64,000 nucleotides of DNA, from positions 32,001 to 96,000 of the forward strand of contig JAVHQC010000026.1 of assembly GCA_036170915.1 (NCBI GenBank). Direction: 5' to 3'. Each line of letters starts with the position of its first letter. Within the stretch, counting starts at the first letter, position 1. The notes beneath the pieces were generated by a model. It was not told the origin of the DNA and ran no database searches. It saw only the letters and a list, made by a program, of their open reading frames with translations. The translations under genes were made by a program, and so were the position numbers. The DNA comes from Cyanobacteria bacterium auto_48_18. GTDB taxonomy: Bacteria > Cyanobacteriota > Vampirovibrionia > Obscuribacterales > Obscuribacteraceae. Below are positions 28,618 to 39,100 of the stretch, piece by piece.

Positions 28618-31600
28618 CTATTCCCAGAGTAATCGTTTAGCGAGACTGGGACCAATGCCGAAATACTTGTTCAAAAGCTCGGGTTTTGTCTCGGTAACGA
28701 CGATAAAACCCGGGCTTACATATTTGTTCCAGGCATCTTGGAAAGCCTGACGACCTTTTTCCGAACGGGCCAAAAGATTTGGTACTGCATGGTAACTGCC
28801 GATTCTAGGCTCAGCTCGACCGGCTATATATTTGCGAAAAAAGCGATCGCTTTCTTCTTCTGCAACTGTTTCAGAAAGTGCAAATTCATACTTTGCAATT
28901 AAGTAGGGCTGGTTGGCCAGTGGTGCCAGCACTTCTTTCAGTGATTGATTGAAATTCTTTGATGCCTGGGGCTCGACGTCATCAAGAAAGACTCGATAGC
29001 TGCCATCTGAGCGAATGGTGGCATGAATGCTTTCCTTGCCGACCCCAGGTGGTAAAAGCTTGATCTGTTGCAGTGCCACCATAACGGCGTTGGCGATATC
29101 AACCAGCGATGATTCTTGCGAATTGGGTTGGCAGAGGTCTTTTTTCAATTTTAGGAATAATGCTTTGCGTTTCATGGCAGCCACTGTCAGTGCACCGCAC
29201 ATAGGCACAATCGCGGCCCAGATAAAAGGTGCCATGCCGCCAAAGACCATGGCCGCCGCCACTGCTGCTGATACCAGACCACCCAGGCCTGCATATTCGA
29301 ACCAGAGACCATTGAGGGCAGCGCGCAACTCTCTAGCGTGCTCTTTATACTTGCTATTGTAGCGAATGTGGGGCGGAGTGAGCGCCAGTTTGCGCATTCG
29401 CGCCACTTCCAGACATTCAAGCAATTTATTTTTGTACGGCTCTCCGATTTTCCAGAGATCATAAATTTTGTCACGCACCATCGCCCGTCCCATCATTTCT
29501 TGATTGAAGTCAGCGAATGAAGCAAAAACCTCCGCTGGAGTCAGTTCTGAGAAGGAGGGATGCACGTGACCGACACCACATTCGATTTGACCATCGTCGC
29601 AAATGCCAAAATAGCCGTCATGCTTGCGCACAAAGCGGTGGTAATCGTTCAAGCCTTTTTCTAAACTTGGTGCGATGCAGACAACGTCCCAGTTATTTGC
29701 CACCTTGCGCTCACCAAGAGCGTCGTTTTGAATGCGAATAGAGCGACCTCTCAGTTGTTTGACAGAAACTGCTGAGGTTGTGGTAGTTAAATCTATCAGT
29801 GTATTGAGCGCCTGGCTGTCCCAACCTTCGCCAAATAAACCTCTGGTGCCTATTAAACATTTGGTAATGCCCCGTTCAAAAAGACTGGTGGCAAGGGCCA
29901 CATATAGTCGCGATTCCCATGCTGACGAATTGGCAGTGAGCTGACAGTATTTGTCGCCGGGTTTGTAATTGACAAGCAACTCGAAGTTGTATCCGGCTTC
30001 TTTGATAAAGATTTTTGCTGCTTCGACAAATTGTTCTTGAATAGCGCTGTCCACAAGTAAAAGTGAACCGGTCACCAGGCACGGATTAAGATAAACGGCA
30101 ATCGGGCTCTGCAGCAAAATGCGCATGGTGGCAACGGCACCACCCGACTCTTGACTGAGTACTCCTTCTAAACTTTTGACGGCTGTGGCGGACATTTTTT
30201 CAAAATCAGTGACAACAACAGCCCGCAGTCGATCTTGTAAAACTCGATATTCCATGGCGAGAATTTCAGCAACAGCTTTTGGCTTGGCCTCACTGAAGGC
30301 CAGGACGCGGTCCACTGGTGATGCCTGTTTGCGTAAACCTTGTTCGGTGATGGCATAGCCTAATTTTCTCGTGGCCGAGCGAATGTGATCATAAAGCTGG
30401 TGGCATTTTTGATCACCACTAAGCTTGAGTTTCTTGGAAGCGAAATCTTCAATCAAAATCATCCAGTCTTCAAGCAACGGGGCCTGAGTCAACTCGTGAG
30501 AAAATTCTACCGCCCGTGGCCTTGGTAAGCCGAGCTTCCAGATGGCGCGCAGCAGCGCCGATGCCATGGCTGTTTCGTTTTTGAAATACGTGCTAAAGCC
30601 CTGTTGCAATTCGATCGATTGGGTTAAATCGAAAATATATTGTGTCAGTGGCGGATAGGCCACCACATCGACACCAGCCGGCGCGCTCTGGCTTTTTGTT
30701 GAAACAGGTTGTTGAGATACAGGTAGTAACGATACCCCGCTGGATAAATTTACTTCCCCGCCTGTTGAACTGAAATTAGTTTGCCCGCGGTGCCCTTTTC
30801 CTTCTGCCGTGAAAGAAAACGTTGGCGCTTCAGCATTGATGCTGAGAGCTTGCAATTTTTGATTAGGGTGCGGTTTCAAAAAATCAGCGCCGCACAACTC
30901 TTCAGTAAGAAGATGGAATTCTTGATGCTGATCAGCTAGATAGTCAAATTCTTTTTGTGTCGGTTCTACAAAAAATACAAGATCTTGAAATGGTGCCAGG
31001 CCTTTTTCTTTAACCAGGGCGGGGGTGGGCACCTGATAGTCAATTTCGCCCACAAGGCTCAAATAACGCGTTTCTTGACTGGCGGATTTTTTCTCTGGTG
31101 GTGTACCGGTGAGGCCAATTACAATTGGATTATCAAGGTAGCGAATTAAATGCTGCATGATTGCGGCCCAGTAATCGGTCAGATGGTGGCATTCATCAAA
31201 AAGCACCATTTTGAATTTTTGTCGCCGCAACGCTTGCAGTAACTCACTGGCATTAGGATGCAGAACATCATTTAGATCCATCACTTCGGTCAGACGTTTG
31301 CGCAAGCGGCTTACATGTCTCGAAATTTCTTTTTGATGAGCTTTGGGATTATTTTGAAAAATCTCGATAATGCGCAGTTCAGCTTCGCCTATACCGATAG
31401 AGCGACCCTTCACCAGCTCTTCTACCCATGAATTATGGGCCAACTTTTCTAAATATTCTTGTTCTTTACCAGGAGTGGAAAGCACCTGGTATGTGAGCAC
31501 CGTAATGGGCTTGAGAGGTTTGTCTTCATGCGTGCCCAGCAACTGCTCGGTGCGCTCTTTGGTTTGGTTGTAATCGACCAGTTCGGGCGGCAGAAACAGA

Positions 31601-31845
31601 TCGAGCTTTGACCCCCATTGCGACTGAATAGTGGTGTTGGGGCACAGTATCAAAGCCGGACACTTGAGGTTGCTTATCATTTGCAAACCGATAATAGTTT
31701 TGCCCGCACCAGGTGGTGCCACTATATGCAGCTCTTTTTCGCCTCGAGAGAGCTTCCCGGCAACCAGCTCCAAAATTTCATTTTGGTAGCGGCGCATGGG
31801 ATATCGAAATTGCAAATCGGCGAGCAAAGGGTCTTGCGCCGCCAT
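28618..31845 (-). CDS. SF2 DEAD/DEAH-box (ResIII-like) helicase with C-terminal transmembrane hairpin
   Basis: APPGAGKT, FDECHH, GLTGTP, FGEGWD, QLRGRSIR; hydrophobic stretch AGLGGLVSAAVAAAMVFGGMAPFIWAAIVPMCGALTVAAM. Confidence 0.85.
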   Translation of the reverse strand: MAAQDPLLADLQFRYPMRRYQNEILELVAGKLSRGEKELHIVAPPGAGKTIIGLQMISNLKCPALILCPNTTIQSQWGSKLDLFLPPELVDYNQTKERTEQLLGTHEDKPLKPITVLTYQVLSTPGKEQEYLEKLAHNSWVEELVKGRSIGIGEAELRIIEIFQNNPKAHQKEISRHVSRLRKRLTEVMDLNDVLHPNASELLQALRRQKFKMVLFDECHHLTDYWAAIMQHLIRYLDNPIVIGLTGTPPEKKSASQETRYLSLVGEIDYQVPTPALVKEKGLAPFQDLVFFVEPTQKEFDYLADQHQEFHLLTEELCGADFLKPHPNQKLQALSINAEAPTFSFTAEGKGHRGQTNFSSTGGEVNLSSGVSLLPVSQQPVSTKSQSAPAGVDVVAYPPLTQYIFDLTQSIELQQGFSTYFKNETAMASALLRAIWKLGLPRPRAVEFSHELTQAPLLEDWMILIEDFASKKLKLSGDQKCHQLYDHIRSATRKLGYAITEQGLRKQASPVDRVLAFSEAKPKAVAEILAMEYRVLQDRLRAVVVTDFEKMSATAVKSLEGVLSQESGGAVATMRILLQSPIAVYLNPCLVTGSLLLVDSAIQEQFVEAAKIFIKEAGYNFELLVNYKPGDKYCQLTANSSAWESRLYVALATSLFERGITKCLIGTRGLFGEGWDSQALNTLIDLTTTTSAVSVKQLRGRSIRIQNDALGERKVANNWDVVCIAPSLEKGLNDYHRFVRKHDGYFGICDDGQIECGVGHVHPSFSELTPAEVFASFADFNQEMMGRAMVRDKIYDLWKIGEPYKNKLLECLEVARMRKLALTPPHIRYNSKYKEHARELRAALNGLWFEYAGLGGLVSAAVAAAMVFGGMAPFIWAAIVPMCGALTVAAMKRKALFLKLKKDLCQPNSQESSLVDIANAVMVALQQIKLLPPGVGKESIHATIRSDGSYRVFLDDVEPQASKNFNQSLKEVLAPLANQPYLIAKYEFALSETVAEEESDRFFRKYIAGRAEPRIGSYHAVPNLLARSEKGRQAFQDAWNKYVSPGFIVVTETKPELLNKYFGIGPSLAKRLLWE

Positions 31846-32006
31846 ATATTCTTCAGCAATAGGAATGACTGTTGATCTCACGTAAGCAAATTCTACGCCA
31901 AATTTCCTGAATATTGCCGCTTTTACGCTCTGTGGAGGGAAATTAAAGGGAAAGGCGGCTCGCGGATAGTTACAATGAATCAGTTATCCGATATGGAATC
32001 TATATC

Positions 32007-32714
32007 TTGCCCTTCCTAGATAGTGAAAAGCCGTCACCGATATTGAGCATTAATGCCGTGGGCAAGACTTATGGCGAGCATCAAGTCAGGGCTCTGCATG
32101 ATGTTAGCCTGGTGATTGGACGAGGTGAGTTTGTTTCTCTTATGGGTGCCAGCGGATGTGGTAAAAGCACCCTGCTCAATGTCATTGCCGGTCTCGATAG
32201 TGCCAGCAGTGGACAGATATTGTTCGACGGCAAAGACGTTACTAAGCTTAGTGATGAGCAAGTAACTGAATTACGAGCAAAAAAAATCGGATTTATCTTT
32301 CAGTTTTTCAATCTACTTTCAACACTTACTGTTGAGGAAAACGTTGCCCTGCCGCTTGATCTGGCGGGCAATTTAAATTTAGCTGAACGCCAGAAGCGGG
32401 TGTTGGAAATTTTGACCAGGGTGGGCATGGCCGAGCGCCTTAAGTTTTATCCAGCTCAGTTATCTGGTGGTGAGATGCAGCGCGTCGCCATTGCCAGGGC
32501 ACTGGTACACAAGCCTGAGCTGATTGTGGCCGATGAACCTACCGGAAATTTAGATTCTGAGAACGGTACAAATGTGCTTGCTCTGCTCAAAGATTTGAAT
32601 AAAACTTTGAAGCAAACTATTGTCATGGCCACTCACAGCGAAGAGGCAGGGGCCGTAGGCGATCGTATTGTGCGTATGAGAGATGGACTGGTCATCAGTG
32701 ATTCGAAGAACTGA
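32007..32714 (+). CDS. ABC transporter ATP-binding protein (LolD/MacB-like, AttE-like)
   Basis: [36 protein letters not shown]. Confidence 0.92.
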   Translation: MPFLDSEKPSPILSINAVGKTYGEHQVRALHDVSLVIGRGEFVSLMGASGCGKSTLLNVIAGLDSASSGQILFDGKDVTKLSDEQVTELRAKKIGFIFQFFNLLSTLTVEENVALPLDLAGNLNLAERQKRVLEILTRVGMAERLKFYPAQLSGGEMQRVAIARALVHKPELIVADEPTGNLDSENGTNVLALLKDLNKTLKQTIVMATHSEEAGAVGDRIVRMRDGLVISDSKN

Positions 32715-32722
32715 ATTTTAAA

Positions 32723-35428
32723 ATGCTTTTTGCTTTCAATTTATTTTCACGTTTTGTCATCCGCGATGTGCGGCGCAATTGGATCAGGACTACACTGACA
32801 ATCTTTGGTATTGCTCTTGGTGTCAGCGTTTACCTGGCAATTAGTATCGCCAATAATACCGCCATAAGTCGCTTTAAGCAGACGGTATCGCAAATTTCGG
32901 GCAAAGCTAACATAGAGCTTTTGCCTCTTGCCGGGCCTTCTTTGAATGAAAATATATTGATCGAAATTGCTAATTTGACGCCAATTGGTGTCAAGTATAC
33001 CCCGATGATCGATGAACATTTGATTTTGACCAATTTGCCAAAGGAAGTCAGTAGAGCAAGCGAAGAGATGCCTGCGGCCGGCACCGTACCTGGTGAAATT
33101 GTGCAGCTTATTGGCATCGACATGCTCGCTGACCCTGATTTTAAAAGCTATCAATCTGACGCCGATGCAGATGGTGAACCTCAATCGGTTCTGACTGCCG
33201 GCAGCAACAAGCTGAGGGCAGACGACACTGATGCAGCTAAAAACTCGTCAGCGGAGAACTCCAGGGCTGCCCTGAGTGTGTTTAGCCCCAGAGCTGTTCT
33301 AATTGGCGGCAAACTTGCCAAACGATACAACTATAAAAAGGGCAGCACTCTAACCGTACTGGTCAACGATCAAACCGAGCACCTGAGAGTTGCAGGAGTA
33401 CTCGGTACTAGTGGCATTGGCGGTGCTTACAGCGGCAACATTGTTGTGGCCGACATTGGTCTGGCCCAGGACATCCTCCGATGGCCAGGTCAAATTACCA
33501 GGGTCGACTTGATAGTGCCTCCGAGTACCATGGCAGCCGTGCAGGAGAAGCTTTCAGCTATGGTGCCGGCAGACGTTCAGGTTGCTACACCTGACACAAG
33601 GTCTGAGCAGGCAGAAAAAATGGTGCGTTCTTTTGAATATAACCTTCTGGCACTAACATTCATTGCTCTCATGGTGGGCATGTTTCTCATCTATAACACC
33701 ATGACGATCACAATTTTACGTCGCCGTCCTGAAATCGGCATTCTCAGGGCCCTGGGTGTAAAGAAGCAAACCGTGCAGAATCTTTTCTTAGGAGAGGCCC
33801 TGGGACTGGGATTACTCGGCACTACTCTTGGTGTGATCATGGGAGCGTTCATGGCTGATGGAGCCTTAAAAGCCGTCGCTCAGACTTTTCAATATTTCTA
33901 TTTTAAAGTGCCTTTGGAGAAGGTCACCATTGATCCGCTTCAGTACGCTGCTGCTTTTGCTATCGGTATCTCACTAACACTAATAGCGGCCTTGCCTCCT
34001 TTGCTGGAAGCTCTTTCCGTTGACCCGGCCGAAGCAACCAGACGTGCTTCGCATGAAACTAAAGTGCGAAAAAGCAAAGACTATTTATTCTGGGCCGGCC
34101 TCGTTTGTCTGGCGTTGTGTTACCTATCGGCGCTGCAACCAGCCGTAAATAATTTTCCACTATTTGGTTATCTGGCCGCCTTTCTGGCGATTATGGGTAC
34201 TTCACTGCTGACACCGCTGGTGCTGGCTAAATGTCTACCAGTTATGTCCCGACTGTTGTTTCGAATGTTTGGAGTTGAAGGACGTATTGCGGCTAATTCG
34301 CTGCAGGGCACTTTAGGTAGAACGGCTGTGGCCTGTGCGTCATTAATGATCGGCATCGCCATGATGGTAAGTTTAGCTATTATGATTAGCAGCTTTAGAA
34401 AAACCGTCACTCACTGGATTGATCAAAGTTTTGAAGCCGATCTCTGGTTGCAATCACGGGCGCGCGCCTCAGGCAACAAGTATGGCCGCCTGAAGGAGAC
34501 TGTCATACCAGCAGTCAATGCTGTTGCTGGAGTGGCCGCGGCTGAGGGTTTTGTCGACAGGAAAATTGACTATCAGGGCATGAGCGCTTTTCTTGCCGCT
34601 GCCGATTTTGATGTATTGACTAGTTACGGCAATCAATTATTTTTATCTGGGGAAGATAGCAAATCTGTTTGTAGCAGAGTGCGCGGCATGCGAGCGATTA
34701 TTTCAGAACCATTTGCGGTGCGAAAGAATCTGAAAAAAGGCGATGCAGTTTTGATAGACACTCCTGCCGGAAAGAAAAGCTTCATCATAGAAGATGTCTT
34801 TTATGATTATGCCAGCGATCTCGGATACGTAATTATTCCCCGCGATGTTTACAAAGAGCTTTATCACGACGACACAGTATCAAGCGTGGCTATTTATCTA
34901 AAAGATGGAGCTGATATTGAAGCCGTGCGACAGGGCATTCTCAAGGCGATGAACAAGAATTCGCTGGTGGCCTTATCGAGCACGAGCGAACTACGTAAAG
35001 AAGCAATTCGTATTTTTGACCGCACTTTCGCCATTACTTATGCACTCCATACAATCGCTGTAACTGTGGCCATGCTTTCAATTATGAATGCCCTCTTTGC
35101 TCTGACGATCGAGTCTAAGCGAGAATTTGCAATTTTGCGTTATTTCGGCGCTAAGAAAACTCAGCTGGCTAAAATCGTTTATTTGCAAGCCGCCATCCTT
35201 GGCTTCTGCGGTAATACAGGTGGTATCGGATTAGGATTTATTCTTTCATTGCTATTGATTCACGTAATCAATAAACAATCATTCGGCTGGAGTGTGCAGT
35301 ATTCCATTCCTTTCGACTTTATATTGCAGTCTAGTACTTTGGTAATTTTGACTTCGATATTGTCTGGAATTTATCCAGCTAAAATAGCCGCCAAAACTTT
35401 GGCACCGTCAGTGGTGCGCGATGAGTAA
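32723..35428 (+). CDS. FtsX/MacB-like double-domain ABC permease (AttF/G-like)
   Basis: Two repeats of TM-periplasmic-3TM; RRRPEIGILRALG and KREFAILRYFG. Confidence 0.88.
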   Translation: MLFAFNLFSRFVIRDVRRNWIRTTLTIFGIALGVSVYLAISIANNTAISRFKQTVSQISGKANIELLPLAGPSLNENILIEIANLTPIGVKYTPMIDEHLILTNLPKEVSRASEEMPAAGTVPGEIVQLIGIDMLADPDFKSYQSDADADGEPQSVLTAGSNKLRADDTDAAKNSSAENSRAALSVFSPRAVLIGGKLAKRYNYKKGSTLTVLVNDQTEHLRVAGVLGTSGIGGAYSGNIVVADIGLAQDILRWPGQITRVDLIVPPSTMAAVQEKLSAMVPADVQVATPDTRSEQAEKMVRSFEYNLLALTFIALMVGMFLIYNTMTITILRRRPEIGILRALGVKKQTVQNLFLGEALGLGLLGTTLGVIMGAFMADGALKAVAQTFQYFYFKVPLEKVTIDPLQYAAAFAIGISLTLIAALPPLLEALSVDPAEATRRASHETKVRKSKDYLFWAGLVCLALCYLSALQPAVNNFPLFGYLAAFLAIMGTSLLTPLVLAKCLPVMSRLLFRMFGVEGRIAANSLQGTLGRTAVACASLMIGIAMMVSLAIMISSFRKTVTHWIDQSFEADLWLQSRARASGNKYGRLKETVIPAVNAVAGVAAAEGFVDRKIDYQGMSAFLAAADFDVLTSYGNQLFLSGEDSKSVCSRVRGMRAIISEPFAVRKNLKKGDAVLIDTPAGKKSFIIEDVFYDYASDLGYVIIPRDVYKELYHDDTVSSVAIYLKDGADIEAVRQGILKAMNKNSLVALSSTSELRKEAIRIFDRTFAITYALHTIAVTVAMLSIMNALFALTIESKREFAILRYFGAKKTQLAKIVYLQAAILGFCGNTGGIGLGFILSLLLIHVINKQSFGWSVQYSIPFDFILQSSTLVILTSILSGIYPAKIAAKTLAPSVVRDE

Positions 35429-35494
35429 AACTATGATTAGGCAAGAAATTATTATTAGGCAAAACGAGCAGAGAACAATTGCTGAGGTAAAGGT

Positions 35495-36601
35495 ATGAAT
35501 GGCTTGAGGACACTGGCACTGCTTATTTTGCTGGTTTTGAACTTAATCACTCCAGCTTTTGCCCTACAGAAGGTTTATAAGCAGGCACTGCCCGGCTATC
35601 AGTATAAGTTTCCGCAAGACCATTTCAGTCACGACCAGTTTCGTACTGAATGGTGGTACTACACTGGCCATTTAACTACTGATGATAAACGCAAGTTTGG
35701 CTATGAACTAACTTTCTTTCGCACCGGAGCTGATGACCAGCCTGCCAACAAAAATTCTGTCTGGAAAATGGATAATTTCTATCTGGCGCACTTTGCCGTT
35801 ACCGATGAAAACGGCAAAAAGTTTAGCTACAAGGAAAAGCTTAACCGAGCCGGTTTGAAGCTGGCGGGAGCCCGCGAAGATGCTTTCTATATTTTTAACG
35901 AAGGTTGGTCTGTTGAGAAAATTGGCGAGCATTATTTGCTGCGAGCCGATGCTCCAGATTATTCGATTCATTTACTGCTAGATTCACTTAAGCCCCCAGT
36001 GATTCATGGAGTCAATGGTGTCAGTCAAAAAGCCAACTGTGTAGGTTGTGCTTCTCATTATTATTCGATGACCAGATTGAAAACCGCCGGCACTTTATTT
36101 ATTGGTGAGAAACCATATGCGGTGACTGGACTGAGTTGGATGGATCATGAATTTGGTTCCAACCAATTGACGGCTGATCAATCTGGATGGGACTGGTATT
36201 CAATTCAGCTTGATGATAATCGCGAGCTCATGCTTTATATTTTGAGACGCGCCGATGGCACGGTAGAAAAGCAATCTAGCGGCACAATAATTAACGCCGA
36301 TGGTAGCAGCAAACATATTTTGCTTTCTGATTTTACTGTCACTCCTACCGGCAGCTGGACTAGCAGCAAAACTAAGGGCAAATACCCAATGGGCTGGAAG
36401 ATTTCTGTGCCTTCCGCCGGGCTCGACCTCATGCTCTCTCCCAATTTGCTCGATCAAGAACTCGTTACTGGACGCTCTACTGCAATTACTTACTGGGAAG
36501 GCTCTGTATCGGTCAAGGGCACGTCGAACAGGAAACCTGTGCTCGGCCAGGGATACGTTGAGATGACAGGCTATGCTGAAAAATTTAAACAAAAGCTGTA
36601 A
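35495..36601 (+). CDS. AttH/CrtC-like secreted lipocalin-fold protein
   Basis: FPQDHFSH..FRTEWWYYTG, SHYYS, WMDHEF, GWDW, YWEG, GYVEMTGY. Confidence 0.88.
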   Translation: MNGLRTLALLILLVLNLITPAFALQKVYKQALPGYQYKFPQDHFSHDQFRTEWWYYTGHLTTDDKRKFGYELTFFRTGADDQPANKNSVWKMDNFYLAHFAVTDENGKKFSYKEKLNRAGLKLAGAREDAFYIFNEGWSVEKIGEHYLLRADAPDYSIHLLLDSLKPPVIHGVNGVSQKANCVGCASHYYSMTRLKTAGTLFIGEKPYAVTGLSWMDHEFGSNQLTADQSGWDWYSIQLDDNRELMLYILRRADGTVEKQSSGTIINADGSSKHILLSDFTVTPTGSWTSSKTKGKYPMGWKISVPSAGLDLMLSPNLLDQELVTGRSTAITYWEGSVSVKGTSNRKPVLGQGYVEMTGYAEKFKQKL

Positions 36602-36659
36602 ACGCTAGCCTGCTTTAGTTGTTAGACTGTTGACTGTAAAGGGCGCCCTGCGAGGATTT

Positions 36660-37178
36660 ATGAGATTTATTGCTTCGTTGACTTCAGGTTTGCTTACGGC
36701 TGCGGCCTGCATGGTCACTACGGTTAATCCTGCAATGGCAGAGGTCTTACCTAACACTGGCACCTACTTCATTACCAACGTGGCCAGCGGTGAGGCTTTG
36801 CAGCCAAATGGGCCAACAGCCGGTCAGAATGTGTTCCTTGTTCCTTACAACAAAAGCGGCCGCCAGAAGTGGGTAATCACTCGTCAGGTAGATCTTCAAA
36901 CTCACAAGCCGACTGATCGCTATTTAGTCAGATTGGCTGGAGAAGACACGACCTTAGTGATGCAACCACATCCTGTTTCTGACTGCAATGCCATTATTAC
37001 CCCGGGCAAATCTTTGATGCAGCTAAAAATCGCTCCTGAAGGTTTTGTCATTAAGAGCGTGGATATGAACGGCGACGCCATGTGTGCCGTGCACGTCGAA
37101 GGTGGTAACACCGAAACCCACTTTAAGCCAGACGACGGTTCAGCTGCTTTTCGCTGGAAATTGGACCCTACTGACTGA
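36660..37178 (+). CDS. Secreted ricin-B/beta-trefoil-like protein
   Basis: Signal peptide; GTYFITNVASG..L, QKW motif; GAGGA RBS. Confidence 0.6.
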   Translation: MRFIASLTSGLLTAAACMVTTVNPAMAEVLPNTGTYFITNVASGEALQPNGPTAGQNVFLVPYNKSGRQKWVITRQVDLQTHKPTDRYLVRLAGEDTTLVMQPHPVSDCNAIITPGKSLMQLKIAPEGFVIKSVDMNGDAMCAVHVEGGNTETHFKPDDGSAAFRWKLDPTD

Positions 37179-37275
37179 TCAAGCCGTTTAACCCGGTTTG
37201 AAATCAGGTGGTTGCGGGTAAATCAATTTTGGAAGTTCTGAACTTTCTCTATTTAGACGTGCAGCTGGAGTGAAT

Positions 37276-37815
37276 ATGGCATCCAAATTTGAGATTTCTG
37301 ACGATAAGCAACAGGCTAATAAGCCTGAGCAAAAGGCCCTCTATGATATGGATCAGATGAAGAAACCGCCATTGAACACAATGAGCTATGACGTCAATAA
37401 ACCGGCTCCCCGACTTGATGGACCAAAGCTGCCTGACCTTATAATTGAGCCTTCGGTAGAAACAAATGACCGCTATCAGAAGTTTGCCAGGCAAGCAGCT
37501 GAGTTTGTCGCTATCAATGGCAACTTTAATATTGACATGCGGCGTGCTGTTAAGGATGCCAACGAGAATGACAAGCTTCTTGGTGGTGGTCACAAAACCG
37601 TGGATCAGCTTCTCAGATACATGAACAAGGAGATGGCAGGGACTTACTTTTCTGTCATTCGGCAGAGAGATAATATTGTAATGCTTGATTCTCGGGATAA
37701 TCAGAATTTGAAGCATGATGCGAAAGGCAATGCTATTGTTCGTCCGCGTGTTGTTTGGAACATCAATAAAGAGCCTTATGACCCGAGATATAATCAGGGC
37801 GACACGAAGAAGTAA
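37276..37815 (+). CDS. Hypothetical hydrophilic protein
   Basis: GGAG RBS, normal protein composition, followed by a terminator. Confidence 0.65.
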   Translation: MASKFEISDDKQQANKPEQKALYDMDQMKKPPLNTMSYDVNKPAPRLDGPKLPDLIIEPSVETNDRYQKFARQAAEFVAINGNFNIDMRRAVKDANENDKLLGGGHKTVDQLLRYMNKEMAGTYFSVIRQRDNIVMLDSRDNQNLKHDAKGNAIVRPRVVWNINKEPYDPRYNQGDTKK

Positions 37816-37840
37816 GTAGAATTTGCTAGCGTTTTTGATA

Positions 37841-37872
37841 CGTCGTCGGCTGTGGCTGGCGACGTTTTTTTT
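37841..37872 (+). terminator. Intrinsic terminator
   Basis: Stem CGTCGTCGGC/GCTGGCGACG (with G-U pairs), TGTG loop, 8-T tail. Confidence 0.75.
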
Positions 37873-37915
37873 GTTTCTGTCATAGTCGGAGCACCCTGGC
37901 CATGCCAGCTTTTGG

Positions 37916-38308
37916 TCAGCGAATGCGATTGGAAATTTCCAGAAAGACAAAGCTAAAGGTAATGCCCATCAAAAATAAGCCTAGAAAAATGTGCCAGATT
38001 AAAGCGGCCTGCCTCTCACTCAATGTGCGCATGATGCCGATACGACTCAATACATAAAAAAGCAGAGCGGCAAGGGCAATTACCGACACTACGAGGCGTG
38101 CCCACCCACCTGCCAGTACGGCAGCCATTAAAGCGAAACTGGTGGCAGGTACCATCATGGCCGACAGGTGGTCAGACTGGCGAAGAGTTTTGCCTTGAGA
38201 ATTCACAGAATTGCGAACATGTTTGGCTGATTCGCTAATGTTTTCGAAGAATCCGAGGCGTTGCACCTTAATAGGCTGCTCCGTTTTTTCAAGGTCACCT
38301 TGATTCAT
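37916..38308 (-). CDS. Hypothetical 3-TM membrane protein
   Basis: GGAG RBS; three hydrophobic segments. Confidence 0.65.
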   Translation of the reverse strand: MNQGDLEKTEQPIKVQRLGFFENISESAKHVRNSVNSQGKTLRQSDHLSAMMVPATSFALMAAVLAGGWARLVVSVIALAALLFYVLSRIGIMRTLSERQAALIWHIFLGLFLMGITFSFVFLEISNRIR

Positions 38309-38397
38309 CGCTTCTCCGCCTCAGTTTGCATTTGTCTTCAAACAAAGTATTCCACAAAGAATGCTTACAGTATCAGCAGGCATTTATCGGCCGCTTT

Positions 38398-39090
38398 TTA
38401 CGGGCGCACTTCAGACGACGGGCAGATATCATTGATAGGGCACCTTGGACAATCAGGCTTTCGAGCAAAGCAGCAGCGCCGGCCGTGGAAAATCATGGTA
38501 ATTGAGAGCTTTGACCAGTCTTGACCAGGAAAAAGCTTTTGCAGCGCGAGCTCGATTTTGTAGGGGTCTGTTTCTTTGGTGAAACCGAGACGGTGAGATA
38601 AGCGCTGAACGTGCGTATCCACGCTCCAGCCTGATACTCCATGAGCAACACCTAAGACTACGTTAGCTGTTTTTCGGCCTACTCCTGGTAATGCAGTCAG
38701 ATGATCGTGAACTGTGGGTACTACGCCACCGTGTTTGGTGACAATTTCTTGAGCGCAAGCTTGAATATTTTTTGCCTTCGCATTGAAAAATCCAGTTTGC
38801 TTAATCAGTTTTTTGATATGTTCAATGTCAGCGCTGGCCAGATCTTTAGCGGTTGGATAGTGCCGGAATAATTCGGGCGTCACTTTGTTGATGGTAACGT
38901 CTGTAGACTGCGCTGAAAGTATGACGGCAATCAGGAGTTGAAAATCGGTCTTATAATCGAGCTCACACTCTGCTTCGGGGTAGGTCTGCAGTAAAGTATT
39001 AACTTCGCGTTGAGCAACCGCTTTTGGTACTAGTTTGACTTTCTTCTCTGCTGGTTTTTTAGCCAGACTTTTTTCTGCCTTGCCTGCCAT
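38398..39090 (-). CDS. nth: Endonuclease III
   Basis: LSAQSTD, HhH motif LPGVGRKTANV, VDTHV, FeS motif C..RKP.C..C.....C. Confidence 0.95.
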   Translation of the reverse strand: MAGKAEKSLAKKPAEKKVKLVPKAVAQREVNTLLQTYPEAECELDYKTDFQLLIAVILSAQSTDVTINKVTPELFRHYPTAKDLASADIEHIKKLIKQTGFFNAKAKNIQACAQEIVTKHGGVVPTVHDHLTALPGVGRKTANVVLGVAHGVSGWSVDTHVQRLSHRLGFTKETDPYKIELALQKLFPGQDWSKLSITMIFHGRRCCFARKPDCPRCPINDICPSSEVRP

Positions 39091-39100
39091 ATCAATTGAA

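Noticed and set aside
28618..31845. Type III restriction-modification system
   Set aside because: No methyltransferase gene is adjacent and no clear PD-(D/E)xK nuclease motif was recognised; only the helicase core resembles ResIII.
37249..37950. 233-aa minus-strand ORF
   Set aside because: Antisense shadow of 37276..37815, which has an RBS, a terminator and normal composition; the shadow has typical antisense I/L/R bias.
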